From Lingula anatina (Eukaryota; Animalia; Brachiopoda), in NCBI GenBank assembly GCA_051362555.1, contig CM120646.1, forward strand, positions 20,708,001 to 20,772,000: a stretch of 64,000 bases of DNA. The letters run 5' to 3'. The notes below the pieces were generated by a model, which was given only the letters and a program-made list of their open reading frames with translations, had not been told where the DNA came from and searched no databases. Within the stretch, counting starts at the first letter, position 1, and each line of letters opens with the position of its first letter. Made by a program: the position numbers and the translations under genes. Positions 39,865 through 52,800 of the stretch are shown piece after piece.

Positions 39865-41548
39865 TACATTTGTGATATATCGGATCATATACTTATAAAA
39901 AGGGTGCCAATTGTGACGCATGTGTGATCATATATATCATTAAATGTTGTATTCACTGGTATTTAAACATTTTGTTTTATTTTTAGCGCTGGCCAAAAGG
40001 GAGATAAAAAGAGGAAAAAAGTATTCAGTTGTTGGGCTGCACTCAGAACAAAAGCTTACACCACTCAAAAAATAACGTACCGTCCTAGTATTAAATCTCT
40101 ATATTTACCCCGTGGACCATTTGAAGATAACACTGTGATTATTGCGGTGGAAAATACAATCGAGGGAGTGTATAATGATAGGGTCGCTAAACGATTGTTG
40201 ACGGCATATAGTGACTAGCCGAATCCCTGGTCGCCTGGGTAGGCACGCCCCCTTAGAGAACTTATGTAAACAAACTGTCTCCGGTAGCGAACCATCCTTT
40301 TGTTCAACAGCTTCAAGCGCGCAGCGGATTATATCTTAAGTGACACTAGCTAACTGCAGTTAAAATTGTGCCAGCTGTTATTTGATGTAATTTTGCTATA
40401 TCGGACGTTGTGGACCAGCCCACTGGTTCATTGATTCATATCTTTTCTGAAGATCGATGCAGAATTTTGACTTGATTATTTTCCCTCCTTACAAGAGAGA
40501 GTGGAAGGGACAGAAACAGAGAGAGTGTCAATTGAAATGGATAATATAAGTTATACAATATGGTACTTAAATTTAAGGGACCTAAGGTGGAAGAAACGAT
40601 AGACTGTTTTGCATCAAGGTGGGACATTATAATCAGTACATAACCCTTAAGAAGGGATTACATTAAATGCAAACTCATTGATGTATTAATATACAATTTT
40701 TGGGGGATAGACATTAATTTTTAATTTGATCTTCAGGAAATCGTTTTGGTTTAAATAACACAGCAACCTATTAGGCAATTCCTTTGAAAAATACTTTTGA
40801 TTTTGTACCCCCACTCCCATTTCTTTTGCTGTGTTAAAAATCCCCCCGTTTCTCATAACACACTAAGACTATAATGTGGTAAAAATATTGAAAATGAATG
40901 ATTTTTTATAAACATGGCAATAAAAGCTAATATGTAGCAGTAGGGAAATCATAATCGAAGACCAATGTGCGCCAGGGGAAAAGGCTGACGATCTAATAAC
41001 TTGTCGCCTTAATATTATAGTACTGTTATATGTGACGTCGCTCAAAGAGGAGGGGGGGTCTTACTATAGCTCGCAATCTATTGTTAAACACGATTGTTAT
41101 CATTCTCAAGCAAGCTAAAACCACAACTTTAAAATAACTAAGTCCGGTGTGAACGGAATGTTAGTCCTAGTAACGCAAGTCCGACCGGACACTAAGTCCT
41201 GGGAACGTAAGTCCTAGGTCTAGCGTTGCTAAGAATGGAGGTCCTAGGACATACGTTACTAGGATTTAACGTCCGTAGGACAACAGTTACCAAGGAATGC
41301 ATGTCCCACCGCCAGGAATCTAAGTCCGGATGGGACCTGTTATCCTGATTTACACTAGGAATATATGTCCGCTCCCATTTTTCTCTCGCACTTAAAGTGA
41401 GTGGTAGATAGATACATGTAGATAGATATATAATATAATATTACCATTATTTTTAAAATATTTCACCTAAACAAATACAATGGAATAAAAAAGGTATATG
41501 AAGAATAACACTTGTTACATTTTCATATATTTATTTCAGTTCTTTTAT

Positions 41549-44500
41549 TTATTCATCTGCAACATAAACTTTCAAATTTGCTCTGTTTACGGCGCCTTTC
41601 AGTGTGCACCCGCCTTCAATCTGGAGGATGTAAGCTCCAGATTTGGATATCCCCTTCACAACGTAGGGCCCCAGCCAGGGGTTTTCTTGTTTGCCCCCCC
41701 CCCCTTTCTGTCACTCCTTCGTAAATTTCTTTTCAACACTTTTGTTCCCACGGTAAGTAACTGTAAAATTAATTTAGATACCATAAGTGTTTTTGCATCG
41801 TTAATCACAGTTCACCTGCATTAAATTTTAATATAAATCGTAATTGACTACGAAGTATACAAATATACAAGGCTCACGTCCAGTAAATGGTATAATCCAG
41901 GCGAACAGTGTACATATTACGGTCATACTATATGAAACCAATGCTTTATAAGTAAAATATGCATCAATTTGATTCATGGGGTAATTCACCAAAAGCTTAT
42001 ACCTCATCAGTTGAATGGCGAGGGTCAAGTCTTTTTTCTGCTCTTGCTGCGCTCTTTTTATATTTCTTAACGCTACCTCTCCCACTTTTTTCTTTGTTTC
42101 AACCCTCGTTTCAACTTTCTTTTCATACTGAGATTCACTAGGCAGTTGTAGGCCACTTGGGCCTGCTGTATTCTCTTCAGACTGGTCTTCTCCTTCGTCG
42201 CTGTTGCACATATCAAGAGGGAGCACAGGTTCTCTAAAGAAAATATTAATTAAAATTTACAAACAGTTCATAATGCTTTTTATTTCGTATGTTGTATCCA
42301 TCCAAAATAGCATAATTGGAATAAAAGACGACATTTTTCAGTATTAATTACATCATTTCTGGTGTGGGTAAAACCCAATTTTATTAATTTAATAAAACAT
42401 GAAATAATTGAACATTTAGGATAATAATTTACATATTCCTTCATACCTCCCAAACATGAGATAAAAGGGTGAAAACCCAGTAGATGCTTGGACTGATGTA
42501 TTATAAGCAAATACTATACCCCCAAAACGTCATCCCACTGATGATCGTCTTGATACTTTAAAAGCATGTCCTTCAGGGTCTGATTGAAGCGTTCTGGAAT
42601 ATTATATAGGCCTTCATCTTAAAATCTATATACAATATAAATATAATAAAAAGGTGTACTTATCTCACCAAGTATATTAACTTGCAAAAGTTTAATAATA
42701 TATTATGTATTACATTAAATGGCTATTATATTCTTTAACTAAAACGTGGGCTAAAATTAAGGGCAATATGTACGATCACAGAGACATTTTAAAGAATTCC
42801 AATCAAACACACCCGTGAGACCATTGCACTGGGGATGGTAAGCTGTGGTTCTTTTGTTTTATTTGAAGTGACGTGGTAACACAGTGCAACAGGTTGTTGT
42901 TGAATTCTCTTCCCTCGTCAGTTAGCCTTTCCTTGGGGGAATCCAAAACTGGAAAACATTCAGTAATACCATGGTTATTTTAGTTAACAACTTCGTCGAC
43001 ATGATGTTCAGCGGAAATGTTACTTTTTACTGTCATCAAAGGGGTATAATCCACCCTATTTAAAAATAAATTAATTAAGTTATCTTAACATGTAACTTTG
43101 AAAGCAATCGTTGTCGATACACATTCATTACTGCACCTATAATATTCAACACTACGTAAAAAAAGGTCCAAAATAAAGCTGTCTACCCCTGTCGCTTCCT
43201 TGGAGGGCAAGGCACTGCATGGGCCATCTTGGTGCAGTAGCACACAACAGTACATACGTACTAATTGCCCCTTTCTGTTTGTTGCATTGGCCCAATTAGA
43301 TCGATCCCAATCTACCAAAATTAATAAAAGTACGTTATTTCTGATTTTACATTAAATTCGTAGATGTTTAACTACATAAATAACTGAAAAATAAAGAAAT
43401 GTCCACAAGTCTTAATGTTTTCTGTTAAAACAATATGACGACAACAACGAAAAACGATTTTCAATATCTATTTTTCCAATTAAACACCACGATTAAGAGA
43501 AAAATTGTCTTGATTACCATCCTCCACGCCTCAGGCTTGTTCACGGGAATAGGGTTAAGCGGTGGAGAGCCGTTGTTGCTCTTTTTGTTGACACATTTGT
43601 CACATTTTAAAATGAATTTTCTGATGTCGTCTACCATGTTTGGCCAATAATATCTCTGTTCAACCCTGGCCAGTGTCTTATCTCGTCCTAGGTGACCAAC
43701 TTAAATTTAAAAACAAGGAAATTAATACATCGCATTTTATAGACATTTTACGTTTTACAATGTCTGGAATTACGTCACACAATTAAATAAAGCAACGTAT
43801 ACGCGGTATTGTGAATACGGAATTCTTTTAATACATACTTACCAAGCGGTGATGTATGCAGTGTATCCATTTTTTTCACTTCTTCCCTGTTTCTTACAAC
43901 TTTTCGCCATACCCCACCAACATCATTATCATCATTATCATCCTGCCCTTCATCTGCTACGTCCCTCACTTCCCTCTTGCTAACTGTGTAATAGAGCTTT
44001 CCATGTTCAATATTAAATAAGCATTACAATATGCATATATGTGTACTCATGATGTTAAAGGAATTATTGACCTATACTACTGTTATTTTGTTCAAGTTTA
44101 AAACTGAGAAAAGGAATCGTAAGCAGCTGTCCCCGGACCAAAAATTCCAGAAATGGTAGTCCCCTGGACCTAAAATCCCAGAAATGGTAGTCCCCGGACC
44201 TAAAATCCTAGAAATGGTAGTCCCCCGGACCTAAAATCCCAGAAATGGTAGTCCCCGGGCATAAATACCCATGAAATAGTAATCCCCTGCAGGACATTTA
44301 TTCAAGGTACATACCTTGTAGGTCCATTGGACACACATCCCTGGAATTTTGTATCTGCGTATAACGTAGTGTGACCTCTAATAATATTGCATATTTAACA
44401 TCATGAAAATTGAAAGTTTACTTTATAATTAGACTTGCTTGTTCTCCGAATAACTCTTTTCTGTGTTGGTGTTGTCTCGATAGGATACGTGCCCTCCTGA

Positions 44501-44559
44501 AGATATTGGAAAATAACTTCAACTTCAGGCCTGGTCTGGGTGCTGCTTGTCCCTTCCAT
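41549..44559 (-). pseudogene. Multi-exon Ginger1 integrase/transposase, disabled
   Basis: In order: MEGTSST..YLQEGTYP..KRVIRR; LHTSPL|GHLGRDKT..RYYWPNM..CDKC (HHCC); IGIDLIGP; TDEGREF; AYHPQCNGLT|ERFNQTLK; FAYNTSVQASTGFSPFYLMFGR; WLGPY..NRANLKVY*. Segments are separated by AT-rich introns with GT donors; stops and frameshifts are present. Confidence 0.9.
44129..44290 (+). repeat. ~31-bp minisatellite in the first Ginger intron
   Basis: GTCCCCGGACCTAAAATCCCAGAAATGGTA, about 5 head-to-tail copies. Confidence 0.9.
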
Positions 44560-45871
44560 ATCAAACGTCTAGTGAGGGTGTGGTATTCATATATGAGCGG
44601 TATTTATAGTAGAGCAAGGTAGCGCATGACATCTGGTTATGTCTGTAACCAATCAAAAATTTGCTACGTGGCAGAAATGACAACCAGGATAAAACAAAAG
44701 AAAAAAAATCACACGAAAAGTAAGCATAGTTTAATTTCTGTAAACGAAATTCGAACCTCCATCCACTAACAGAATTACTCTGTATAACATCCATTATACT
44801 GGACAGCCTTACCACTACACCAGGGAGACGAACTGGCAAACTGTCGATTTTACGGAGTACTTATATGTGCTCACTAAAGCAAAATATTACTGCCAATAGT
44901 CATTATCCACTAGTTGCTATTTTAAATGGTCGGACATAGTTATAGGGCGGACCTCCATTCCGTTGACTAACGTAATGCAGGTCCGCCAGGAATAGAAGTC
45001 CTACCCTTTATTATATCAGGAATGCAGGTCCCATTAGGACTACTGCTATTCCTTCCGGGCGGACCTGCATTCCGTTCACACCGGCTGCTGTGGAGAAATG
45101 TCCTGTCGAACAGATTTTGCTGTATTTAAATACACTAGCGACCTGTTTTAGATCACTGTTGTAAAAAAGCATACGTGCGGCACCGGCCAATAACAGTCAA
45201 GTAAAAAAGTTGACATCTTATCGTTTTGATGCACACAAATATAACGCGATAAGAGCTAAGCAATAAACCTCGACAAAATAAACGTCCATTTTTAAACAAC
45301 AACGAGAAAAAAGGGCGCCCTGTCATAGTTATGAGAAAAATTGCTAAATCCCTCGTTTCTAAGAGAGCACAATGGGTAATGAGATGATAATATTAAACAA
45401 TATATGAGAAGGTTTATATAAACTACAGAATAGGAGAAATATCTATCAGTATCGCAAGGACATATTAACTCCAGTGTGCAACAGGGGGAAGGCTGACAAT
45501 GTGATCACTCTATAAAAAGAACGGTCAATTAACAATGTATGTTATCGGTTAAAGTGGAGTGGGGTTCTACCATAGCTCGCAATCTATTGTTAAACGTGAT
45601 TGCTATCATTTCTCGAACGAGATACCATGCCTTTACAATTACTGTGTGCCCGGCTGCCGTGTAGAAAGGTCCTGCCGAACAGATTTTGCTATATTAAAAT
45701 ACACTAGCGACCTGTTTTAGATCACTGTAGTAAGAAAGCATACGTGCGACACGGGGCAATAACAGTCAAATATAAAATTGACATCTTATTGTTTAGATAA
45801 ATAAACAATCTTTATTGGAAAATCGCAACCCGAAGGTTGAAGTTATACAATTATGTAATTTATTTATTTAA

Positions 45872-46158
45872 ATGATTTTTTTATTCAAGTCACAGAAGCC
45901 TGGTCATTTTTGCACTGGTGCACTCTGTAGACGGTCTCACCTCCTTGGGGAGGATACAGCTCGGCTGCCATATTATGCGCTCACAGCTAATATATCATTT
46001 CTGCACTGCCTGACCAGGCCCCTGCTTCAATCCTTTAGTGCTGAGTGCCAAGCGGGGAGACAGCAGGTACCGTTTATAAAGGACTGGTATGTCCACGGAC
46101 GGGTTTTGAACCCACGTCCTCCCGCTCCGGAGGCGGACATTCTAACCACAAGGTCGGT
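45872..46158 (-). mobile_element. tRNA-derived SINE with V-domain-like core
   Basis: Minus strand has a tRNA-like head (GTGGTTAGAATGTCCGCC...GGGTTCAAAACCC), then GGTACCTGCTGTCTCCCCGCTTGGCACTCAGCACTAAAGG resembling the V-SINE central domain, then an A-rich tail. Confidence 0.7.
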
Positions 46159-47938
46159 AAATGTTATAAGAGCTAAACATTAAACCTCGACAAACTTATT
46201 TCCATTTTTAAACAACAACCAGAAAAAAGGGCGCCATGTCATATTTATGAGCTGACAAATTGCTTTAAAACTTATTCTGTTGTGGGAAATAATCATCCGT
46301 TTCGCAGAGGGCACTATGGAAAATGAGATGAAAATATTAAAAAATAAGTGAAAACGTTTATATAAAAAACAGAATAGGAAAAAAATACCGAGCAGTGGCA
46401 CAAGGACAATTTAACTCCAGCGTGCAAAAGGGGGAAGACTGACAGTGTGATCACACTATATAAAGTACGGGCAATTAGCGATGAATGACAGCAGTTAAAA
46501 GAGGAGGGGGGAGCTGGCAATCTATTGTTAAACACGATGGCTATCATTTCTTAAACAAACATAGACCAGGCCTAAACAATAAGATTGTTAAATAAGATTA
46601 TTGCCGTGAAATAATAATGTTAATTCAACGGTGACGATGGAGAATGTGTCATTCGCATTGTTAATAAAATAAGACTGGTTCAAGCCAATATTCCATATCA
46701 AATAAATCTTTTTAGTAATTGAGGCTACACTTCAGCTTGTTCTGTAAATATTTTTTTGATAATGTTGCTTTCTTTGCTGCTTTTAATCTTTATTTTTTAC
46801 ACCGGTCGCGAGGATATAAATTTATATACGGAGCATCTTTAATCTTCAAAAATTTTGGCCATTATCATTCATAATCGCAATAAGAATTTTGAGACAGGGT
46901 GAATTGTTGATCATGCTGATGCACAATGCAGATGCATGTTAATCAAATTCAATTTTTGACTACGGAACACTTCACATTGAATTGAATAACTGATACCAAA
47001 TTAAACTAGCAGTTTGCTAGCAACACTTAAAACATGATCAGCTGCGCGTGCCAAGCTAGTGAACAAAAGGACCGTAGTGGCACGCGGTAGCATGGGTTCT
47101 AGCCCCTTAAAGCTATAATCCTATACCGCCGCAACAAACAAAAGGGACTTTCTGGCTGATGTATCCTGCTGTTAATTACACCTAGGTACAGTTGATTGTC
47201 GCGTTCGCGCTGGACCACAGAAACCGGCGTCATGGGATTCACTCGTCTTAACTATTGTGTTATTCCACCTAAGCTACTGAGTTTGTGCGTTTGAATTTTG
47301 AAGGGATTAATACGGCTCTCCATTGTTTGCCCGCCCCCTTCTATTCACAGGACAGATATTAAAACATTTCAAACGTTGTTAAACCGGTGTACAACGGAAA
47401 TATAATTGTTACTACCACTGTAAAACCTCAAAGGTGAAATGAAATAGTGGCCTGCTGAAACTAGACTGATATATTCACAGGGACCATAATAATATCTCGG
47501 TTTTCTGTTGTCCAATGCACCTCACGCTCCTCTGATTCATTGCTGTGGGGCTGTTAATGAAGTTTTATAACGATGTTTTAATTCCAATGTACATGTACCT
47601 TTCAGTGGTTCTTTACAAAGTAGCATGTTGACGTATGTTTTCAGGGGAAAGCAAATTGGGACCCAGTGTACCCCAGCAGGCGTTCACTGAACCAACGAAC
47701 AAAGTATTTATCATGTGTGGTCAGTTTTGACTTTGACTTGAATTCTCCGCTCAGGTGTGCCTTTGGACATTTGCCGTTGATGATATCCAGTCGTTTATGT
47801 TGTGTGACAGGCCCTAACATGAACTTATTGCTCTAAATCACATCTCTCTGGAAGAAAGTTATGAACTGTAGGTTTACTCAAACTAGCGCGTACACAATTT
47901 GAAAATTTGGACAATTTTTTCAACTGTTTGTCTTAGAA

Positions 47939-49836
47939 ATGTCCAAGGAGGTTCCGGTAAAGGATCTCCAATTCCATCAAGATTACCTCAAGGATAGGCA
48001 AAAATACAAATGCCTTTTTTAATATCACCAAAGAAGACATCGACTTTCCTAACCTTGTCCTGTTGTTAAGCAAAGTTGAACACCTTACCGCTTTATCAGC
48101 ATCTCAGATATTTTTGCAGATTTGCAGGAGAAATATCGCTAATTGGGAGGTAACAGATGATCAGCTGACACTCAGTGCATTGTTTGCATATAAAGTTGCT
48201 TGCAGTGATATTTTTACAGCAGAAGACCAATGCATTACCATGAACAAGTTGTTGAAAATTGTTCAAGAGAGGTGTGTCCCAGAATATGAACGTCTCTTTC
48301 ATTCTTTCAAAGAGGATAAACATATTCCTCTTTCCGTCATTTATGCGATTTTGCAAAAGTTTGACGTATCAAGTGAAATGAAAATAGCAAAATAAGCACG
48401 TGCGGAAGATGTTGAAAATGTCCAAAAGATTCTACGAAAAGCCTGCGAACAGCGAGGCCGCAAGGGTAACTTGCTCCCCTCGCACGGAGTTAGCAAGAGA
48501 GACGCGCGTTGTGCAAGACGCGCGTCGCAAGCAATGAAGGGGCAAGTGCCCTTTGCGTGTTGAGTACAGCGCACGCTCTCACATCTAACGAACAAAGTCG
48601 AGAGCACACCGGGAATGTGTCGCACTTGCGTCACCCCCACTCCTGGTGTATAAAAGGCTCGTGTCTTTACAATGAACGTCGAGTGTGTAACGTGTACAAC
48701 AATTTTCCAAATTTTCAAACTTCTGCCCGATTTAGTTTATAATATGCCTCAAAAGGGCAAGAGAAGGACGCTTAAATAGTGGAAAAAAGGGAGGAGGAAG
48801 AAGAAAGAAGAGGTGAACAAGAAGCAAAACTGACGTACGCCGTTAGTACGTCAACACAAACGTATGAGGCAAGTGTGAAGCAAAACTGACGCAACAGGCA
48901 CTACGTTCGTCGTGCGTTGCATTCCCTTCGTAAGTGGTGAGTGGGAGCGACGTACACAAGAAGCAAGACAAACTCAAGAAATGAGTACAATTTCCACGGC
49001 CATCGCTCCTTGCAATTAGCGGCCCTGCTTGAAAGGACATCTCACGATGTCCATTGCCACTCGCAAGGCAGACTTTCCTCTACCTCTAGGACCTCCACGA
49101 CCTCTGCAACACCCAAAAATCGCAGGGGACGTACGATCCTGAGATTGGTGTATCCGGTTGTGACTGAGGCTTTAACCAAGCTAGACATAACAAGTGGAAG
49201 TTCAAGTGTTGCAATTGCTACCGGTAGATTTCAGCAATCTGTGCAGTGGTCCAGTGAATACCATTTATTCTTGTTTTTTCATGGACAAAACTCCCACACA
49301 GTCTTACTTTTATGTAGAGACTTGACTAAGGTCCCTGGTCAAATTAAAGATCTGTTCGGCAGTACGATGGGTCAAAAGCTATCTGATCTCCAAGCATTGG
49401 ATGGCACGCAGCTTCAGCATCTCCTTGAAAAAAATTGTCACAAAAAAGAAGCAGCTCATTTTTACAAAAGAGACGCGAGAATTAAGAACGTATGCTCTTA
49501 CACCAGACAATTTACTGAAGATGGTTCTAATCTATTTGCGCGTGAAAGCAACCGTTCCTGTTGTCATCATGGGAGACACCGGATGTGGAAAAACTCGGTT
49601 AGTGACTTATCTAGCCAAAACATGTGGAGTAACTCTGGAGATTTTCGGCATCCATGCAGATGTTACTGCAACTGAAATTGAAAACATGATAGAAAGATTC
49701 AATCAGAAAGCAAAACGGCAAATGGACCAGCCATTCTGTCTTTTCTTAGATGAAATCAACACATGTGGCCATCTCGGTCTTTTAACACAAATTCTTTGTA
49801 GACGGCAGTGTGTGGGAAGGGAAGTATCTCCAAATA
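47939..49836 (+). pseudogene. RNF213-like gene, disrupted 5' part (includes the GETGCGKT-type AAA+ module)
   Basis: YALTPDNLLKMVLIYLR..PVVIMGDTGCGKTRLV (Walker A), CLFLDEINT (Walker B) and QWSSEYHLFLFF. +1 frameshifts in a T run (~48015-48020) and an A run (~49428-49434). Foreign insert at ~48395-49140. Assigning 47939-48393 to this gene is less certain. Confidence 0.8.
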
Positions 49837-52800
49837 CAGTAGTAAAAATAATTATGTTTCCGTTGTATAACGTTTTGAAAACGTTTGAAATGTTTTAATC
49901 CCTATCCTGTGAATAGAAGGGGGCGGATAAACAATGGAGAGCCGTCTAAATCCCTTCAAAATTCGAACGCAAAAACACAATAGTTTAGGCGTAATGACAC
50001 AATACCTTAGGCGAGTGAACCCCATGACGCCGATATTTGTGATCCAGCGCGAGCGCGATGGTCCGCTGTAACTAAGTGTAATTAACAGCAGGATACATCA
50101 GCCAGAAGGTACCCATTGTTTATTGCGGCAATAGGATTATAGATGCGTGCCACTAAACCGTCCCCCGTAGCGAACTGTCCTTTTGTTTACTAGTTTGGCA
50201 CGCGCAGCTGATTATCTTTTGAGTGTTGCTAACTAACTGCTAGTTAAATATGTTAACAGTTATTTCATTCAATATGAATTTTCCGTAGTCAAAAAATGAA
50301 CTAAGCATTGTTTGTTTGATCAACTTGCATGAGCGTCAGCATCAACCTCAAAAATTATTATTGCATTAATTTATAACTGTATAATTTATTTATAAGCTTA
50401 CTGATTCAAGTATTTATAAAGCATGAATGATAATGAATGAGGAATAAGGAAGAAACAGTGAATAGAATTTTCAAAAAATGAATAATATATGGCAAATATA
50501 TGACTTATACTGTACTTTAATTATAATATTTAAATTAAATGAGGTGCATTGACAGAGGCGCAAGGACAATCCAACTCCAACGTGCAACAGGGGGACCTAT
50601 GAGATTGTGATCACACAATACATGAGAGTACGGTCAATTTACAGTGTAAATCATCAGTTAAGAAAGGAGGGGGGTCTTAACATAGCTCGCTATCTATTGT
50701 TAAATGCGACTGTTATCATTTCTCGATCAAGCTCAAACCATGCCCATACAATTGATGAGTCTCCGGCTGCCGTGCAGAAACGCCATGTCGAACATATTTT
50801 GTTACATTTACAGTGGTCGGAATAATTTTGTTTCCGTTGTACACCGGTGTAACCACGTTCGAAATGTTTTAATCCCTATCTTGTGAATAGAAGGGGGCGG
50901 ACAAACAATGGAGGGCCGTATAAATCCCTTCAAAATTCGAACGCACAAACACAATAGCTTAGGTGGAATAACACAATACTTAATACGTGTGAACCCCATG
51001 ACGCCGGTTTCTGTGGCCCAGCGCGAGCGTGACAATCCGCTGTAACTAGGTGTAATTAACAGCAGGATACATCAGCCAGAAGGTCCCTATTGTTTGTTGC
51101 GGCGATAGGATTATAGCTTGAAGAGGCTAAACCCATGCTAAGGCGTGCCACGTGAAGTGAACTGTCCTTTTGTTCACTAGTTTGGCACGCGCAGCTGGTT
51201 TTTAGTGTTGCTAACAAACTGCTAGTTAAATTTGTTATCAGTTATTTCATCCTATATGAAATTTCCGCAGTCAAAAATTGAACTAATTATTGTTTGTTTG
51301 GTTGAAATGCATGAGCGTCAGCATCAATCTGTCTCAAAAAATTCCTATTGCATTAATTTATAAATGTATAATTTATTTATGTACTTACGTTTTAATTTGA
51401 AATATCTGCATTCAAGCGTTCAAGTATTTATAAAACATGAATGATAATGAAAGAGGAATAAGGAAATAACATATTACTTATATTATGCTTATATTATAAT
51501 ATTGAAATTAAATGAGGTGCATTGACATAGGCGCAATGACAATCCAACTACAACGTGCAACAGGGGGAAGTCTGGCTGTATGATCATACAATATACGAAA
51601 GTACGGTCAATTAAAAGTGTAAATCATCAGTTAAATAGGAGGGGGTCTTACTATGGTCGCTATCTATTGTTAAACCCAACTGTTATTGTCTCTCGAACAA
51701 GCTTAAAGCATGCCTATACAATTACTGTGTCTCCGGCTGCCGTTCACAAACACCATGTCGAACGTATTTTGCTACAGTGAGAAACATGGTACACTAGCGA
51801 CTTGTTTTAGATCACTCAAGAAAGGATGCATACGTGCGACACCAGAGGAAAAACAATCAAGTATGCGTCTGATCCATTAATAGTAATTGCACAGTGCATG
51901 TTACTAGACCTTTGTCCTAACTCAGTAGTTAGGAATAGGATGTTTGGATAAAAAGCTTCTATTCAACTCGCTTAGACCTAGGGCGTGATGCTATCATCCG
52001 ATGAAACACGTAACTGCACCCTCTACCTGAACCTGAAGTCCCTTTATCTGAAACAAAAACTGCCCCTTGAACATGTCCATTTTTTAATCGTCAAATGATT
52101 TGTGATTTCATTGAACGTCTTTGATCGAAAGCTTTCAAGTGACAATAACCGAACCATGTGTTGATTATTTATTAAAGCGTAATTAAGTTTATTCAACATG
52201 ATCTATTTTGTAAACGATACTTGCCAAGATTGAGCTTGGATTGATCACCGTCACTATTTAGCTACTCGCCTATAATGCGTGCTGAACGACAGACAACTTA
52301 AAAATATTATCTGTGTAACTGTGCAAATGCAAATGTTAAAATATAACAAAGCCGGCATCTAATCCATCGAACATATTTATATTTGTTCTTTTTAAACCAG
52401 TGTAAGGGTAACGCCAAATGAAAGCAAGCCTTGCAGACTGGTTTTGTTTAAACTGTCGTGCATCAAGTAAAGCTAAGTAAAGCCTGTTTCTACTTCGCAG
52501 TGTTCATCCCAGCCATAAAACTGCATGAAGGATAACAAGACTCCGTAGACCTGTGCTTCAGGTTTCCAGGAGTCCCGTGTAACACAATAATATCGAAGGC
52601 CTGAGAGTAATACATATATGAGGCCGTGTATGAAAGATTTAACAAATTAGAAATTCAAGAATTTAAACATGCTAGGTACATGCACATCACTTAATAAGTC
52701 ATTTCACAAAAATCGCATCTAATTGTTTAGATTAACCTTTACTTTTATCGATCTCATCCCATTGTCTCAACCACCTAAAAGAAATATAGAGAACATGAGG

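Larger units (their letters stand above)
41148..45080 (-). mobile_element. Ginger1 DNA transposon (complete ends)
   Basis: TIR TGTGAACGGAATG/CATTCCGTTCACA. CCGG duplicated at 41144-41147 and 45081-45084, while uninterrupted host units have a single GTCCGGCTGC. Encodes a Gypsy-like integrase with no RT or gag. Confidence 0.9.
40080..47420 (-). mobile_element. Large CAGT-ended DNA element, subfamily B copy 2 (hosts Ginger1 and a SINE)
   Basis: TA|CCGTCCTAG ... ACCACTG|TA. 46920-47420 is the reverse complement of the family 5' end. ~570-bp tandem units at 45085-46560. Confidence 0.75.

Noticed and set aside
44129-44290. ~31-bp repeats as a CRISPR array (also 28711-28813)
   Set aside because: Units are head-to-tail with no unique spacers, there are no cas genes, and the context is a eukaryotic intron.
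48015-49434. Programmed frameshifting in the RNF213-like gene
   Set aside because: Both shifts are +1 in homopolymer runs, typical of slippage mutation or sequencing error.
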